A program made the position numbers and the translations under genes. From the NCBI RefSeq assembly GCF_018977255.1, contig NW_024705204.1, positions 1-62,655 on the forward strand: a stretch of DNA of 62,655 bases, written 5' to 3'. The notes beneath the pieces are model-generated. The model was given only the letters and a program-made list of their open reading frames with translations, did not search any database and had not been told where the DNA came from. Source of the stretch: Callorhinchus milii. Its lineage: Eukaryota. Positions within the stretch are counted from its first letter, which is position 1. Every line of letters begins with the position of its first letter. Shown piece by piece: positions 49,969 through 62,452 of the stretch.

Positions 49969-51040
49969 ACCCTGGCTTTATGAGGTGCCAATCAGGCGAG
50001 CAATGCTACCTGCAGGAAGTCTGTCTCACAGGAACCACTTTCACCACAAATCAACCTGTCTACTGAAGACTCACAAAATGATGCGTCACTATCACGACAC
50101 ATAATTGGGGTGGGACAAGTTTGCAGGGCTATGGGAGAGCGCGGAGGAATGGGACTGATTTGAAAGCTCTTTCCAAAGGGCCAGCGAAGACACAATGGGT
50201 CGAATGGCCTCCTTCTGTGCTGTATAATTCTATGATTCTGTAAATGCAGAGTGTGACGTTACAGGGCTGTCCTTCCTGACTCTCACCTACTTTTCAGAAT
50301 GTGCCTTTTTTAAAGAAAAAAGTCGTCGCGTTTGACATCTCCGTAACATTTCGGCTCAGCCCTTTCATGTCCTGGCAATTATTCTAACACTTACACTGAA
50401 TCCCGAAGCATCGTGGAAGGACCTCTCAACTCGCAAGAAACAAGGGCCGGGTTCGATTCCAGGGCGGGGCCAAACCTAAGGAAAATTTCCTTACTACACA
50501 TGCCCCCGTTTAACTAAAAGCAATTATAAAACCCACTTTGATAGTCAATTGTCTGTCCGCTTTTCAGGGTGTGACAATCCCTTAATAATTATAATAATAA
50601 TTTCACAACTCAATCCACTAATGTTGGTTGGACACTGTGTGTGCAATTGCCTGTTGTGTTTTTCCCACAGAATACGTAACATACACTTAACTATATATGA
50701 AGCGATTTGTGACGGCTCAATGACCCGATAAGGCACGATATCAAATATGTAGATGATTATTACTCGATACAGTGCTTTTCCAAATCAGCAGGAAGTGTCA
50801 TATAATACTTGTAGAGGTCAATGTGCGTTTTGAGGGCGAACACTGTTTCTCTCACAAAATATATAGTCAATTTACTTTACGGTATATCATGTGAAGCGCT
50901 TTGAGACGTCTCGAAGACGTGATAAGGCGCTATATCAAATGCAAGGATGATGATGATTATTATTATTAGAATAACCCTTTCCAAACTGTGACTTGTGGCA
51001 TGATCTGGTTGGATTTATTTGCAAATTCACTTTAACCCAG

Positions 51041-51239
51041 GACTCGTCAATGGTGATTCAGTACTCAGACCCCTGGTGAAATGACAGTGACAGAGAGTGC
51101 AGTTACTAGGTTGGAGTGAACCACACCATCTTCACCTCAACAGCTAATTACAGCCTCTCTTGGTTTTGCCGGGGACACCCGGTCAGGCCCCGCGGTGTCT
51201 CCTGGTATAAAAGTCACTGCGGAGGGCTTTGACCATTTC

Positions 51240-51280
<41 letters not shown>

Positions 51281-52179
51281 CCTTGCATTTGATATAGCGC
51301 TTTTCACGTCGGGAGGATGTCCCAAAGCGCTTCACAGAACACACTGTAAAGTGAATTGACTGTATATTTGTGGGCGAACGCGGCAGCCAATTGCGCACAG
51401 CAATGTCCCACAGACAGTCGTGGATTAAAAATGACCAATTTTATTATTGTTTTTGGTTTTGGAGGATTATTATTAGGCTCTGTGTGGAGTAAGGAAACTT
51501 GCCCGAGGTTTGGCCCTCTGCCTGGGATTGAACTCAGGTCTCTCACTTGCAAAGCGAGTGCTCTAACCACTAAGATGCAGGACTCCACAATGGCGACTTC
51601 ATGGCGACTCTAAACATGGAGAGGAGGACCTACCCTTTATTCATAGATAATGCTACTAGTAATAAAAATAATAATAATCTGAAAGCATTTGATATAGCGC
51701 CTTAGCACATCTTGGAGACATCTCAAAGTGCTTCACGGGATATACTGTAAAGTGGATTGGCTGTGTTGAACAAGGCAGTCAATTGTTACATCCCACAAAC
51801 AGCCATAGAGTGAGTGACCAAATCATTACTTAATAAGAATAATACTTGTGTTTGACATAATGACTGATCACATCTTCGACACTTCTAAAAGCGCTTCATA
51901 GAATATATTGCAAAATGAATCGACTGTATTTTCGAGGACGAAACTTGGCAGCCAATTAACCATAGCAACATTCCATAAATAGCCGTGGATTAAAGTAACT
52001 AAATTATTATTATTATTATTTTTGAGGAATCGTTAACCCCGGAAAGTGACCCGCCAGTCAACTAAGAAACAGGTTCCAAACTGCAAACAGAGGCGTCTGA
52101 AAGCCACAGACATTGTGGTATGTCGTTGTGCTCTGAGACTCACAAGTGTAAAATGTGCACTAATCCTCCCACACAAACT
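51041..52179 (+). pseudogene. V segment V4, split into three pieces by SINE insertions, RSS retained
   Basis: 51041-51240 GLVNGDSV/QTPGEMTVTE...YSLSWF; about 51590-51655 FMATLNMERRTYPLFIDN; 52095-52140 LKATDIVVCRCALR; then CACAAGT + 23 nt + ACACAAACT at 52141-52179. Confidence 0.75.
51241..51588 (-). mobile_element. tRNA-derived SINE inside V4
   Basis: Full length with a long (AAT)n tail. Confidence 0.9.
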
Positions 52180-53085
52180 CTTTCCATCTGACATTGAAAA
52201 TATGGCAGTTGACAGGTGGACTTTTTTCAGAGAAACAGCTATGCATAATTGCGTGCCTCTGTTTCTCTGAATCCAAACCATAGCTCACCAACAGGCCACG
52301 GAGGATGGTTGGAAGCATAATGTTCTCCGTTTTATAACCGTTATGATTCAGGGAACCGCTAACATTTCCTTTACTGGAGAGATAAAGTGAAGTCTGAAAA
52401 TGCCGCTGCATGTAGCCCCGCTCCCTTTCGTAATCGTTAACTATTTCGAATTCAAGATCCTCATCCACACCTACAAGGCCACTCACGGCCTCGCTCCCTC
52501 CTACCTCTCCGACCTACTATCCCCCTACCTACCTGCCAGTACCCTCCGTTCCTCTGGCTCCGGTCTGCTCCACATCCCCCGCCCCAACCGCCCTACCATC
52601 GGTTGCCGGGCCTTCAGCCTCTCAGCCCCGAGGCTCTGGAACTCTATCCCCCAGTGCCTTCGCCACCTCCTCCCTTTCCTCCTTCAAGGCCGGTCTCAAG
52701 ACATTTCTCTTTGACCGAGCCTTCAGCTCCCCTCTCGACTCTCTACCCCCTCCTCGCTCCCTCCCTCCCTTCCCTCCCCTCACCCTGACCATCTCCCCCC
52801 CTTGCTCAGGTCCTGACCCAACTGTACAGCGCCTTGGGACGTCCTCCCGACGTGAAAGGCGCTCAATAAATGGAATATTGTTGTTGTTGTTGTTGTTTAC
52901 ATACGTTTGAAAGTACCTTCCATGGAAAATCTAGACAACAAAATAAAAATAGAATTTTAATGGTAGAGATTACTCCATACGGGGGGCACTATTGAGCCCG
53001 CAATGGGACATCCAACAACAGAATTACCCATTGAACCTATTGCCTATTGAACACATACATTGTTGATACCAATGATACAACAACC

Positions 53086-53131
53086 ATGTATGTGCTGAGT
53101 GTGTGCATCGTGTTTGGGATGTTGTTTACAG
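53086..53131 (+). pseudogene. Leader exon of V5
   Basis: MYVLSVCIVFGMLFT then G|GTACGT, phase 1. Confidence 0.8.
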
Positions 53132-53297
53132 GTACGTGGACGGGAAACACAGGTTAGATGCTGATTATTAAATAGAGGGAAACATAGTTCAGATAATGGC
53201 TAAGTTTGTGGAAGTTGGGGCTTTTTCGACGGAATTTACCTTAAGGAGGTGAATAAATTATAAATTGATTATTATAATCTAAATAGATTATTCCATT

Positions 53298-53621
53298 ATA
53301 ATAATAATCCTTGCATTTGATATAGCACTTTCCACGTCGGGAGGACGTCCCAAAGCGCTTCACAGAACACACTGTAAAGTGAATTGACTGTATATATATT
53401 TGTGGGCGAACGCGGCAGCCAATTGCGCACAGCAATGTTCCACAAACAGTCGTAGATTGAAAATGACCAATTTTATTATTGTTTTTGGTTTTGGAGGGAT
53501 TATTATTAGGCTCTGTGTGGAGTAAGGAAACTTGCCCGAGGTTTGGCCCTCTGCCTGGAATTGAACTCAGGTCTCTCGCTCGCAAAGCGAGTGCTCTAAC
53601 CACTGAGCTACAGGACTCCAT
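53298..53621 (-). mobile_element. tRNA-derived SINE in the V5 leader intron
   Basis: Full length, near-identical to the 51241 and 61118 copies. Confidence 0.9.
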
Positions 53622-54247
53622 TGGTTTGACCATTGGTTTGAAATTCAGTAACTACACGTCCATAATAGCCACTAAAATCAAAGGGAAGCGAGAAACAAGA
53701 TAATTTACCGATCTGGATGTCCAGGCCACACAAGTTTGTTGAACCCGAGGGCAATAGTTCTTGAAAAAAGGGAATTAAAATATGCTTAAATGAGGAATGT
53801 TCACAGAGCATGATGGCCAGTGGATAGAGCACTCGCCTCCAAACGAGAGGACCTGGGTTTGATTCCCCGGGCAGGACGAAACATTGGGCAAGTTTCCCTG
53901 TTCCATATACACGCCTAAGTTTACCTCGCAGTAAATAGGAATCCGGTTGTCAGTCAATGAGTGGATTTCTCTCTGGATGTAAAAATCCATTCAAAAATAA
54001 TAATAATTACTCAATCCACAGCTGTGTGTGCGGGACACTTCTGTGCGGAATTGGTTGCCACATTTTTTGCACAAAAAATACACAGTCAAATCACTTGACT
54101 GACATCTCGGAGGCACGAGAAGGCATCATATCAAATACAAGGGATATTATTATTATTATTATTATTATTAATATGACATGCAAGTACAAGGGCCTGTGTA
54201 AAATCAGGGACGGATGGTTGATTTGTTTCTTGTTGAATTGCACACAG

Positions 54248-54555
54248 TTCCCAGTCACCAGGGCTCTCTTGCCGTGAACGTCTCGTCAACGTCGAAGAGA
54301 GAAGGAGACATTGTGTCTGTGGGATGTGCTAATTCTACTCACAACAATTCTTACATCATATATTGGTATCGACAACATGGCGACGAGATTCCAGAGTTTA
54401 TTGTTTGGAAATATTCTGGTGGGAATGAGGTAAAAGCGGGTTTTGCCAAATCCGGTTTCTCTGTTGCGTTCTTAAATCGACGACAGTTGTGAACTTAATA
54501 ATCAATCAACTGCAGCTCACTGACAGCGCAACGTATTACTGCGCGTTGAGGCCAA
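54248..54555 (+). pseudogene. V segment V5, single-base frameshift in FR3
   Basis: ...KREGDIVSVGC...IYWYRQHG...GFAKSGFSVAFL / STTVVNLIINQLQLTDSATYYCALRP; the frame shifts near 54478. Confidence 0.88.
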
Positions 54556-54594
54556 CACAGGGATAGAAAGGAAGCACATCATTGTACAAAAACT
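54556..54594 (+). promoter_or_regulatory. 23-RSS of V5
   Basis: CACAGGG + 23 nt + ACAAAAACT. Confidence 0.88.
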
Positions 54595-56082
54595 TCTGCC
54601 TTCAGCTGCTGCTACCGTCCAGTCCAGGTTCAGGGCTGGAAAGATTCTTTTCGATTATTGATGAGATGCTACTAAACCGTTCATAAGCGAAACCTGTTTT
54701 TGCTGCAGAAGAGCACACGCCAGATGCGCTTAAATTATAAAGAGTTTGATAAGGTTTCTATAAATATGATGTTCCCACTGGTTGATAAGTCAGTTACCTC
54801 AGGAAACAGGGATAAGATAACGACAAACAACAACACATCACATTAGGATAGCAGTTTTCACGTCATGTGGATATCCCAAGGCATTGGACATTTAGGGAAT
54901 TGGACTTAAGGAGGACGTTGGAATGAGGAGGGATGGAGGGCAGGGATTTTAGGGGTAGGTTGGTGACTGAAGAAGCGGTTAAAGAGGAGGGTTTTAAGAC
55001 ATGCCTCGCTGTAGGCAAAGGGACTATCGGATGGACTTCCAAGGAAAAGGGGTATTAAATAGAATTGATGAAGTGATACTTCACGTGGAGGACAGTGAGA
55101 TTGTGAAAGTGAGCGGCCAAATCGGCGGTCCAAATAAACTGTCCAGAGATTCTGAAGAGAAAGCTAGAACTTGACATGAGTGAGATGGCAGAGGAAGAGG
55201 GAATATTGAATGAGTGGAGACTAAGGATCCCGCAGCACACGCGGAGCCCATTCGGCACATCATTGCCAGTGGCAGCTCTTTAAAAGCTACAACCATTCAA
55301 TTAGTCCCAGATCCCACCGAACATCTAATGTATTCTAAGTAAATCACTTAATACATTTTACCTCTCACCAACATATGCTGCAAAACATTATTTCAATTTC
55401 TCGTTTCTCAAGAAAATAGTGGGAGATTGAGAATATTACATTTTCAGCAAATCAAGTGACGAGATGTCGGTTTAGATCTAATAAAAAGTGACATCAGAAT
55501 GACAGTCCCAGGCTGTGGGACAAACAGTATTCGGATCCAACTGCCTCTTTCGGGTTTAGTTCATCGTGATGTTGGATGCTGACTGAATTCTGCTAAATCA
55601 CCCAAACCGTTATTGATGACGACTGAACGATCTCCCCCCCCCCCCCCCCCCCCCCACTCCGCCACTTTCCACTCATCTTCAGGGCACCCCATCTCCTGCA
55701 TCCAATTCACAATCCTCCATTGCACCTTTATCTCCCTCTATAGTCTTGAAGCATTATACCTCAGTGACTTCCCAGAACCATTTTTGACATTTCTTCTGCC
55801 GAGGGAACCCTGACTATGCACTGCAAAGTGACTTGTTTGTATATTTTCAGCATGTCCACAATATCAGATCTGGCACTTGCGGATAAGGTGTGAGACCTTC
55901 TGCCTCTGCTCATTGTAACTCTATCCCGAATTCTTTCCGACTCCCTCCCTCCGTCCTTAACCACATAACATAGCAGCTCAGATACGGGATGTGGGTGAGA
56001 CGCGTTGAGCAGTCAGGAAGCTAAGAGGGTGCAGTGAGGGCTGAATACCACTCGAGTGTTGCTCAGGCGTCAGACAGTCACC

Positions 56083-56125
56083 ATGATACTGCTTTGGGTT
56101 TTCACCTGAACAGCGCTCTCTCAAT
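56083..56125 (+). pseudogene. Leader exon of the NAR-type V-J, with in-frame stop
   Basis: MILLWVFT*TALSQ then T|GTAAGA, phase 1. Confidence 0.7.
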
Positions 56126-56647
56126 GTAAGAACCAACATTAACTGTTTGAATCAACACCTTGTGTTTGACATCGCGCTTTATCACGTCGCTGAGTGTCTA
56201 AAAGCGCTTCACGGGATGCACTGCAAAGTGACTTGTTTGTATATTTTCAGCAAATTGCACACAGTATTTGGCCACAAATAATCCTGGATTGAGTGGCCCA
56301 ATTTTGTTTTAAATGAGTGGATTATTATCCCCGAAGGGTATCCATCAATCGACTATCAATCGTGTTCCTACTTACTGCTAGTAATTATTATTATTACTGT
56401 TTTATACATGTGCAAATTTTATTTTCAAATAATAATAAGAGGAATTACTGTTAATAATGATTATTGTTACTCCTTGATACATTCATATATTTAGTTTTGA
56501 AATAATAGTAATTACAACCAGGAATTAATTATGATGATTAGCGTTTGTTACATCTGTCAATTAATTTTGAAAGCTGAAGTGAAGTGCTCTCTTCTCGTGG
56601 TTGTGACTCCAGAATAAAAACGGATTGTCCCGCTCATGTCGCTGAAG

Positions 56648-56980
56648 GTCTACGCTGTCAGGAGGTCAGACAGTTCCCAGCCGGTCTGGTCAAGGAGGAG
56701 TGTCAGTCAGACGCGATCAGCTGCAGTCTCAGCCGCCACCTGGACACAACTTCTTGGTTCCGACAATATCCGGGCAAGGGTCGGAGCTACTGTCAATTCA
56801 GGGTCGTTTTAAACAATCCATCTATCGATCGGCGAGAAGCTTCTCCCTGGAAATCCTGGGCCTGAGAGTAGAAGACAGCGCCGTGTGCTGGTGCAGGGCC
56901 TGGTTCAGTGAGTCTCTGGGTCTCACATATCGAGACGGAAATGGCACATTGCTAAATGTCAACTCTAAAGCTCATTGTAC
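56648..56980 (+). pseudogene. NAR-type (CDR2-less) V domain fused to a J-like segment, no RSS
   Basis: QEVRQFP...AISC...TTSWFRQYPGKG / SELLSIQGRFKQSIYRSARSFSLEILGLRVEDSAVCWCRA-WFSESLGLTYR-DGNGTLLNVN-SKAHC. The short C'-C'' region, SFSLxI, CRA and DGxGTxLxVN match VNAR hallmarks. One frameshift. Confidence 0.75.
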
Positions 56981-58886
56981 GGCTATGGCTTTCACTCCAA
57001 CAATGTCCTCCCCCAGTACCCCCCACCCACACATACACACGCAACTCATTGTACAACCATGACTTCCTCTCCAACAATGTACAGTGTATTCTATAAAGCG
57101 CTTTGATGCTTTATAGATCCCCTCAAATGCAAGAAACATTATCGAAAGAAACGATGGTGAAGTGAAATGACCGTATATTTTGCAGGAAAAAAAAACACCA
57201 GTCAATTGTGCACAACAGTGTCCCAGAAACAGTGTGGGATTGATTGACCAATATATTATTATTATATTTTTAAAGGAAGAACTAGTGAGGCCTTCTGAAA
57301 GAGTGAAGAAGGGATTGTGAGTCAGAGTGAAATGGCAAAAAATTGTTTTAAGAGCAATCTACTTTCAAATATAAATATCTCAATTGTGTTTAACCCACTA
57401 CGTACCGGATAATATCTGGGAGCAAATTACAAAGAAGAGGTCGAGCATTCAATCAAGAGGCGGGACATGACCATAGGTGAGGCCAAAGAGGTAGGAATTA
57501 AGACGGGAGTTCAAGATGGAATGAGAGTGACCAGGGAATGGATCCAGAGTTGCGTTGCTTCCACGTGTTAGGAGAGACATAGCGATCGCAGTGCGACGTG
57601 TCCGGAGTTGGTGCCGGGTTCAACGGGAGACCACCAGAACTGAAACTGGCAGATGTTGGGTGGGATGCCACAGGTAGAGCATTTTGAAAATAAATAGGGA
57701 AGGAATTCATGCTGAGGTAGAAAAAATAATCATTTGTCGTTGAGATATAACTGGTGCAACAATGATCACAGCCCAAGATAATAATATTGACGATTATCAA
57801 TATTAATAATACCATGGTATTCTATTAAAACATATAATATAATATTATATCAATAATTATTTCATAATACTACAGTGCAGTGTAAAGTGCATTGTTCGCC
57901 CATTTGACAAGACAGACCGCCAGCACCCTCATCATTGCTCTTCAACCTTCGCAATTGGTAAGCGACGTCAGTTTGCTGATATCTCACTGTGATTGTTGTC
58001 GATATCAGTCATACGTCACTGCTTTGATATGTCACATGCATTTCCTTCACAACTTCATGCGGTCGTTGTGGTGAGGGAGAGAATATTGTTTGTCTATTCT
58101 GTGAAGCGCTTTGAAACATCGAGAAGACGTGAAAAGCGCTATATCAAATGCCAGGATTATTATTGTTATTATTCCTGTTGTTGTATCAAGTGTTCAGTGA
58201 CACAAGAACATAAAAAAGAATCAAAGATAGAAACTATGCTCTGAATACGTGACTATCCCTTTTCATCCTTTGTTGCAAAACAAATATTTCAGAAGCAAGT
58301 GTTCTTAAGAGGGATTTGCAAATGAAATAATTAAACCATTTGAACCTTCTCTTTGCAGATTAGTTTGCATCTGCACTTATTGAGAGCTACAATCATGAAA
58401 AAGATTTGCAATCGAATTATCCACCTCAAACCTTTCCATCTATTTGTTGTTTACATTCCTGCGTAGTTTTCTCATTTGCATGGTTTGCCACTTGTATAAT
58501 AACTTCCATAAAATTGTAATTATACTTTCCTATTTCACAGCGCCGTTGGTAATTTGGGTAATTTTTGGTAATTTTCTCCCAACCCCACCTTCGCTGGCTC
58601 CAACACCCAGCGCAGGTGACAAGCTCGGGCTCTCTGATGCCTGAGGATGTCCTCATCAAACTGAAAGGCGCTGTATTAATAGTTTTTTTTTACTGTTGTT
58701 CTTGTAACCATGCTCTCCCAGAACCGATCTGAGCCCTTCTTCTATAAAAAAAATAAAAATCCTTGAATTTGAGATAACACCTTATCGTGTCGTTAAGACG
58801 TCTCAAATCGCTTCACAAAACACGCTGTAAATTGTAGTGACTGTACCTTCGGTGAAATGCATTGCAACGGCCGTCTCCCCCGAAAT

Positions 58887-59930
58887 TGTTGGGTTCCTTT
58901 TACCGTAATTGGATCCTTGCCATTGAACCAATAAAGGTCTGAACGCAGAGTTGTACAATCAAGACAGTTTATTCAACAATGCAACGACGATCCACGTAAC
59001 AGAAATATACTACCAGACAAGCAGTCTGGCCTGAAGACCAGCTCTGGGCTCAGCGACCTGCAATTCTGATTCTGTGGAGCTCGAGCTTAACGTTCCTTGT
59101 GTGTCCGTTGTGTTTATACCCAGTTGGTTGGTATAGCCGTGATCTGCTCGTGAGGGTACCTTTCCACTAGCCTACGTGCCCTTGTGTATGTCCCCCTTGC
59201 TTGCTAAGACTACTTTACCTCCTTATCCAGCTCCTTGTCCGTATTCCCTGTTCTTCCTCAATCAGTATGTTTCCATAACCGTGTGTTCCCGTGGTCTCTA
59301 GTCAGGCGCCCTACTCACAGGCCGCTGCATATGAGCCATCTATTCTGCTAACCTTTTCTTATACTAACAGCCCCCTTCTCCTCACCTAGTTGAACTCTGA
59401 AACCTTCACCTCTTCCTTCCACTCTTTTCCTCAGGTACTAGGATTTTGAACGAGGCTTCCCGTGCTTTCTATCACAGTGGAAGGAACCACCAGAGCGCGT
59501 TGATCGATGGCTGCGTCTGTCGCTTGAATTGAGAGAAGATCAAAAGGCTGATGTTTTTGGCAGTGTCCAGGGTGGCAGATATGTGATCCCTAGTGGCTGG
59601 ACCCCAATCTCCATCTCCCAATGCCCGTTTGTGCAGCAGGTGGGTGGGCGCCTGATGTCGCCAGTGCAGCGAGTGGCGTAGTTACAGTGTAAACCCATTA
59701 TCTTCCTCCCAAAACCTGGGGAAAGTAACAGCTGAAGTGACACAGAAAATCTTTGGCTTGACCTTGCAGGTTAACAATTAGTCAGTTAGTGCGCTGAACA
59801 CACTGGATAGACTCCACAAGTTCCCCGAGCCATCCATATTGCTGCCTGGCAAACGTTTCTGCTGTTTATCCAGCTTGCACTATTCTACCTGTTAGAGCTT
59901 TGGTTTACAGGGTTGAGAGGAGCTGAGTGG
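58887..59930 (-). mobile_element. Probable 3' LTR (58887-59369) with polypurine tract and decayed internal sequence
   Basis: Minus strand reads GAGGAGAAGGGGGC-TGTTAG...GGGTATAAAC...AATAAA...CCCAACA. Confidence 0.55.
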
Positions 59931-59979
59931 GACTACTCCCTGCCCCCGATGACTGGTCTGCACTTTCAAGTCTTGCGGA

Positions 59980-60500
59980 TTCATAGATTCATAGATTCAT
60001 AGAATGTTACGGCACAGAAGGAGGCCATTCGGCCCATCGAGTCTGTGCGGCTCTTTGACAGATCGTCACTTTCACTAACCCCAATCACCAGCTTTCCTTC
60101 TCCCCATAACCCTGCAAACCCGTCCTCCCCAGATACCTCTCCAGTTCTCTCTTAAAAGCTGTTATCGAATCGGACTTCACTGCCCTTTCGGGCGGATCAT
60201 TCCAAATCCCAACAACTCGCTGAGTGAAAAAATATCTTCTAACCTCCCCTCTGCTTCTTTTGGTAGATATCCACTGGTCACAGACACACCGATCAGCGGA
60301 AACAGCTTTTCCCCATGTCGCCTGTCGAAACCTTTCATGATCTTGAAGTCCACTATCAGGTCCCCGCGTAACCTTCTTTGCTCTAATGGGAAAAGTCCGA
60401 ACTTCTCCAGCCTGTCCTCATAGCTAAGCTTCCCCATTCCAGGTATCATTCTCGTGAATCTCCTCTGCACCCTTTCCAGTGCCTTAATGTCCGATGAGCC
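59980..60500 (-). mobile_element. CR1 LINE 3' fragment
   Basis: DIKALERVQRRFTRMIPG...LSYEDRLEKFGLFPLEQRRLRGDL; tail (ctatgaat)n. Confidence 0.9.
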
Positions 60501-61117
60501 AAGTTGGGCTGCGCTGTCATGATCAATGCCATGGAATAGTTTGGACCCGCCTGGCTCAGGAACGGGTCTCGAGAACGCCACAGACCGCTGGCTCGATTCT
60601 GACGTCCCGTTACCAAACATGTTACTTTGGAGCCGGTTTCACTCCAAAGGCGCTCTCGCTCACCTCTCCACCCAAGAAGCGCAAGGGAAGGATTCCAAGA
60701 CAACCCTCTGAGAACGGCCTATTTCGTACGGAAATTTCTGACCGTCTTGCGTGGAGTGAGCAATCTGTTCACCCAATCCCACGGGGTTCAGGCATGGGAT
60801 GACAGGAATGAAAGGTTTTGGATGTTAGTGTGTGCGCTGGGAGCAACTGCTGGGATGTAATCAGCTAAATCTTCGCGTTTTCATTGTTTGGCTTCGGCTT
60901 TACCGGTCCAGGCGACAATATAGTTAAAGTGTAGGTCATAGTGTTGGTTATTTGTTACAGCGCCTTCCACATCGTGAAAAACATTTCAAAAGCGCTTCAC
61001 AGCCCTTTCCATAAAGTGTCGTTTCTGTGTATTTTGTAGGCAAACTCAAGTTAGAAGAGATTTAACAGAAGGTACGGAATGCTGTGCGGTTTAAAGGTGC
61101 GGGGATTGGAATTGATG

Positions 61118-61439
61118 AATAATAATAATAATAATAATAATAATCCTTGCATTTGATATAGCACTTTTCACATCGGAAGGACGTCCCAAAGCGCTTCACA
61201 GAACACACTGTAAAGTGAATTGACTGTATATTTGTGGGCGAACGCGGCAGCCAATGTCCCACAAACAGTCGTAGATTGAAAATGACCAATTTATTATTGT
61301 TTTTGGTTTTGGAGGGATTGTCATTAGGCGCTGTGTGGAGTAAGGAAACTTGCCCAAGGTTTCGCCCTCTGCCTGGAATTGAACTCAGGTCTCTCGCTCG
61401 CAAAGCGAGTGCTCTAACCACTGAGCTACAGGACTCCAC
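61118..61439 (-). mobile_element. tRNA-derived SINE
   Basis: Full length. Dozens of additional truncated copies occur across the window. Confidence 0.9.
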
Positions 61440-61477
61440 GAGTATGAGTTACTATGGGAAGAAACGTTCTTCCCTCA

Positions 61478-61516
61478 GGTTTTTGTACAAGTGTCACTGA
61501 GCTTCCTGTCACTGTG
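61478..61516 (-). promoter_or_regulatory. Perfect consensus 23-RSS of the inverted V
   Basis: CACAGTG + 23 nt + ACAAAAACC. Confidence 0.96.
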
Positions 61517-61822
61517 AATCCAGCCGCAGAGCACAGTAATACACAGCCGAGTCTGTCAGTCGCTGCCTGAAGATGGTTAATCGGCTGACTCTCTTGTTGG
61601 GTTCTCGCGACACAGAAATGTGACCGCTGGGGAGCGTGTCTTCCCCATCTCCTTGATCACCTCTTTGCAGTAGAAATGTGGGCTGCTGTCCCGGGTACTG
61701 ACGGTACCAGTGAACGCTGATGTGGCTTTCACACCGTGTGGAGAAGCCGCAGGTTATAGTGGCAGTGGTGTCGGCTACAGAGGTCTCCTGCCCGGGTTGC
61801 TGAGACACTGAAAGCGTGGAGT
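61517..61822 (-). CDS. Inverted TCR delta-type V segment with CDR1 Cys, candidate NAR-TCR supporting V
   Basis: ctctgtcctttag acceptor; STLSVSQQPGQETSVADTTATITCGFSTRCESHISVHWYRQYPG...RLTDSAVYYCALRLD, intact. No leader exon seen upstream. Confidence 0.9.
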
Positions 61823-62452
61823 CTAAAGGACAGAGAAGCCAAGTTACCGCCGTCCGTCACTGGAACGCTGTGACCAATTTACGCAGCCTGTGTCTCCATG
61901 TCGCTGCCTCAACTCTGAGCCCAAAAGTTTGAGCAATCAAGACCCAAATCTCAAAAATTCTAGATGTCCAGAGTCCCGTAGCACAGTGGCTGGAGCAAAC
62001 GAAAGGACCTGGGTTTGAATCGCTACAGGGTGAAACGTTGGGCAGATTTCTTTTCTCCACACACCACTGTTTAACTAGCCTTCTGCCACTCTGCCCCCAC
62101 CCACTGGTACTCCACCCCCCCCCACCCACCCAGCCACCTTCAACACCTATCTCAAGATCCTCCTCTTCGACCGTGCTTTCGATATCCCTGATTCCCCCCT
62201 ACCTCACTCTCCTGGACCCCGACCTCCAGCCGGGGTCCGAAACTCTGCCTTTCCAGCGCCTTGGGATGTCCTCCTGACATGAAAGGCACTTTACAGATGT
62301 AATTTTGTTGTTGTGCTGTTAACAGTATATGCTGTAAAGTGCTTTGAGACGCTTCAATGACATAATAAGGTGCTACATCATATGCAAGGTTAATATTATT
62401 ATAATATTATTACAGGACAGCGCAAGGGATGCATGTGGGGATTAGGGCTCAC

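Noticed and set aside
55815-56252. Identical approximately 36-bp sequence repeated 400 bp apart
   Set aside because: Part of a SINE-derived segment; most likely a local duplication without function.
56903-56950. TTCAGTG as a decayed heptamer after the NAR-type V
   Set aside because: No nonamer at 12 or 23 bp, and the sequence continues in frame into a J-like motif.
1866-61439. tRNA-Ala-like sequences
   Set aside because: Always followed by the same SINE body and L2-like tail, with no proper acceptor stem; these are SINE heads, not tRNA genes.
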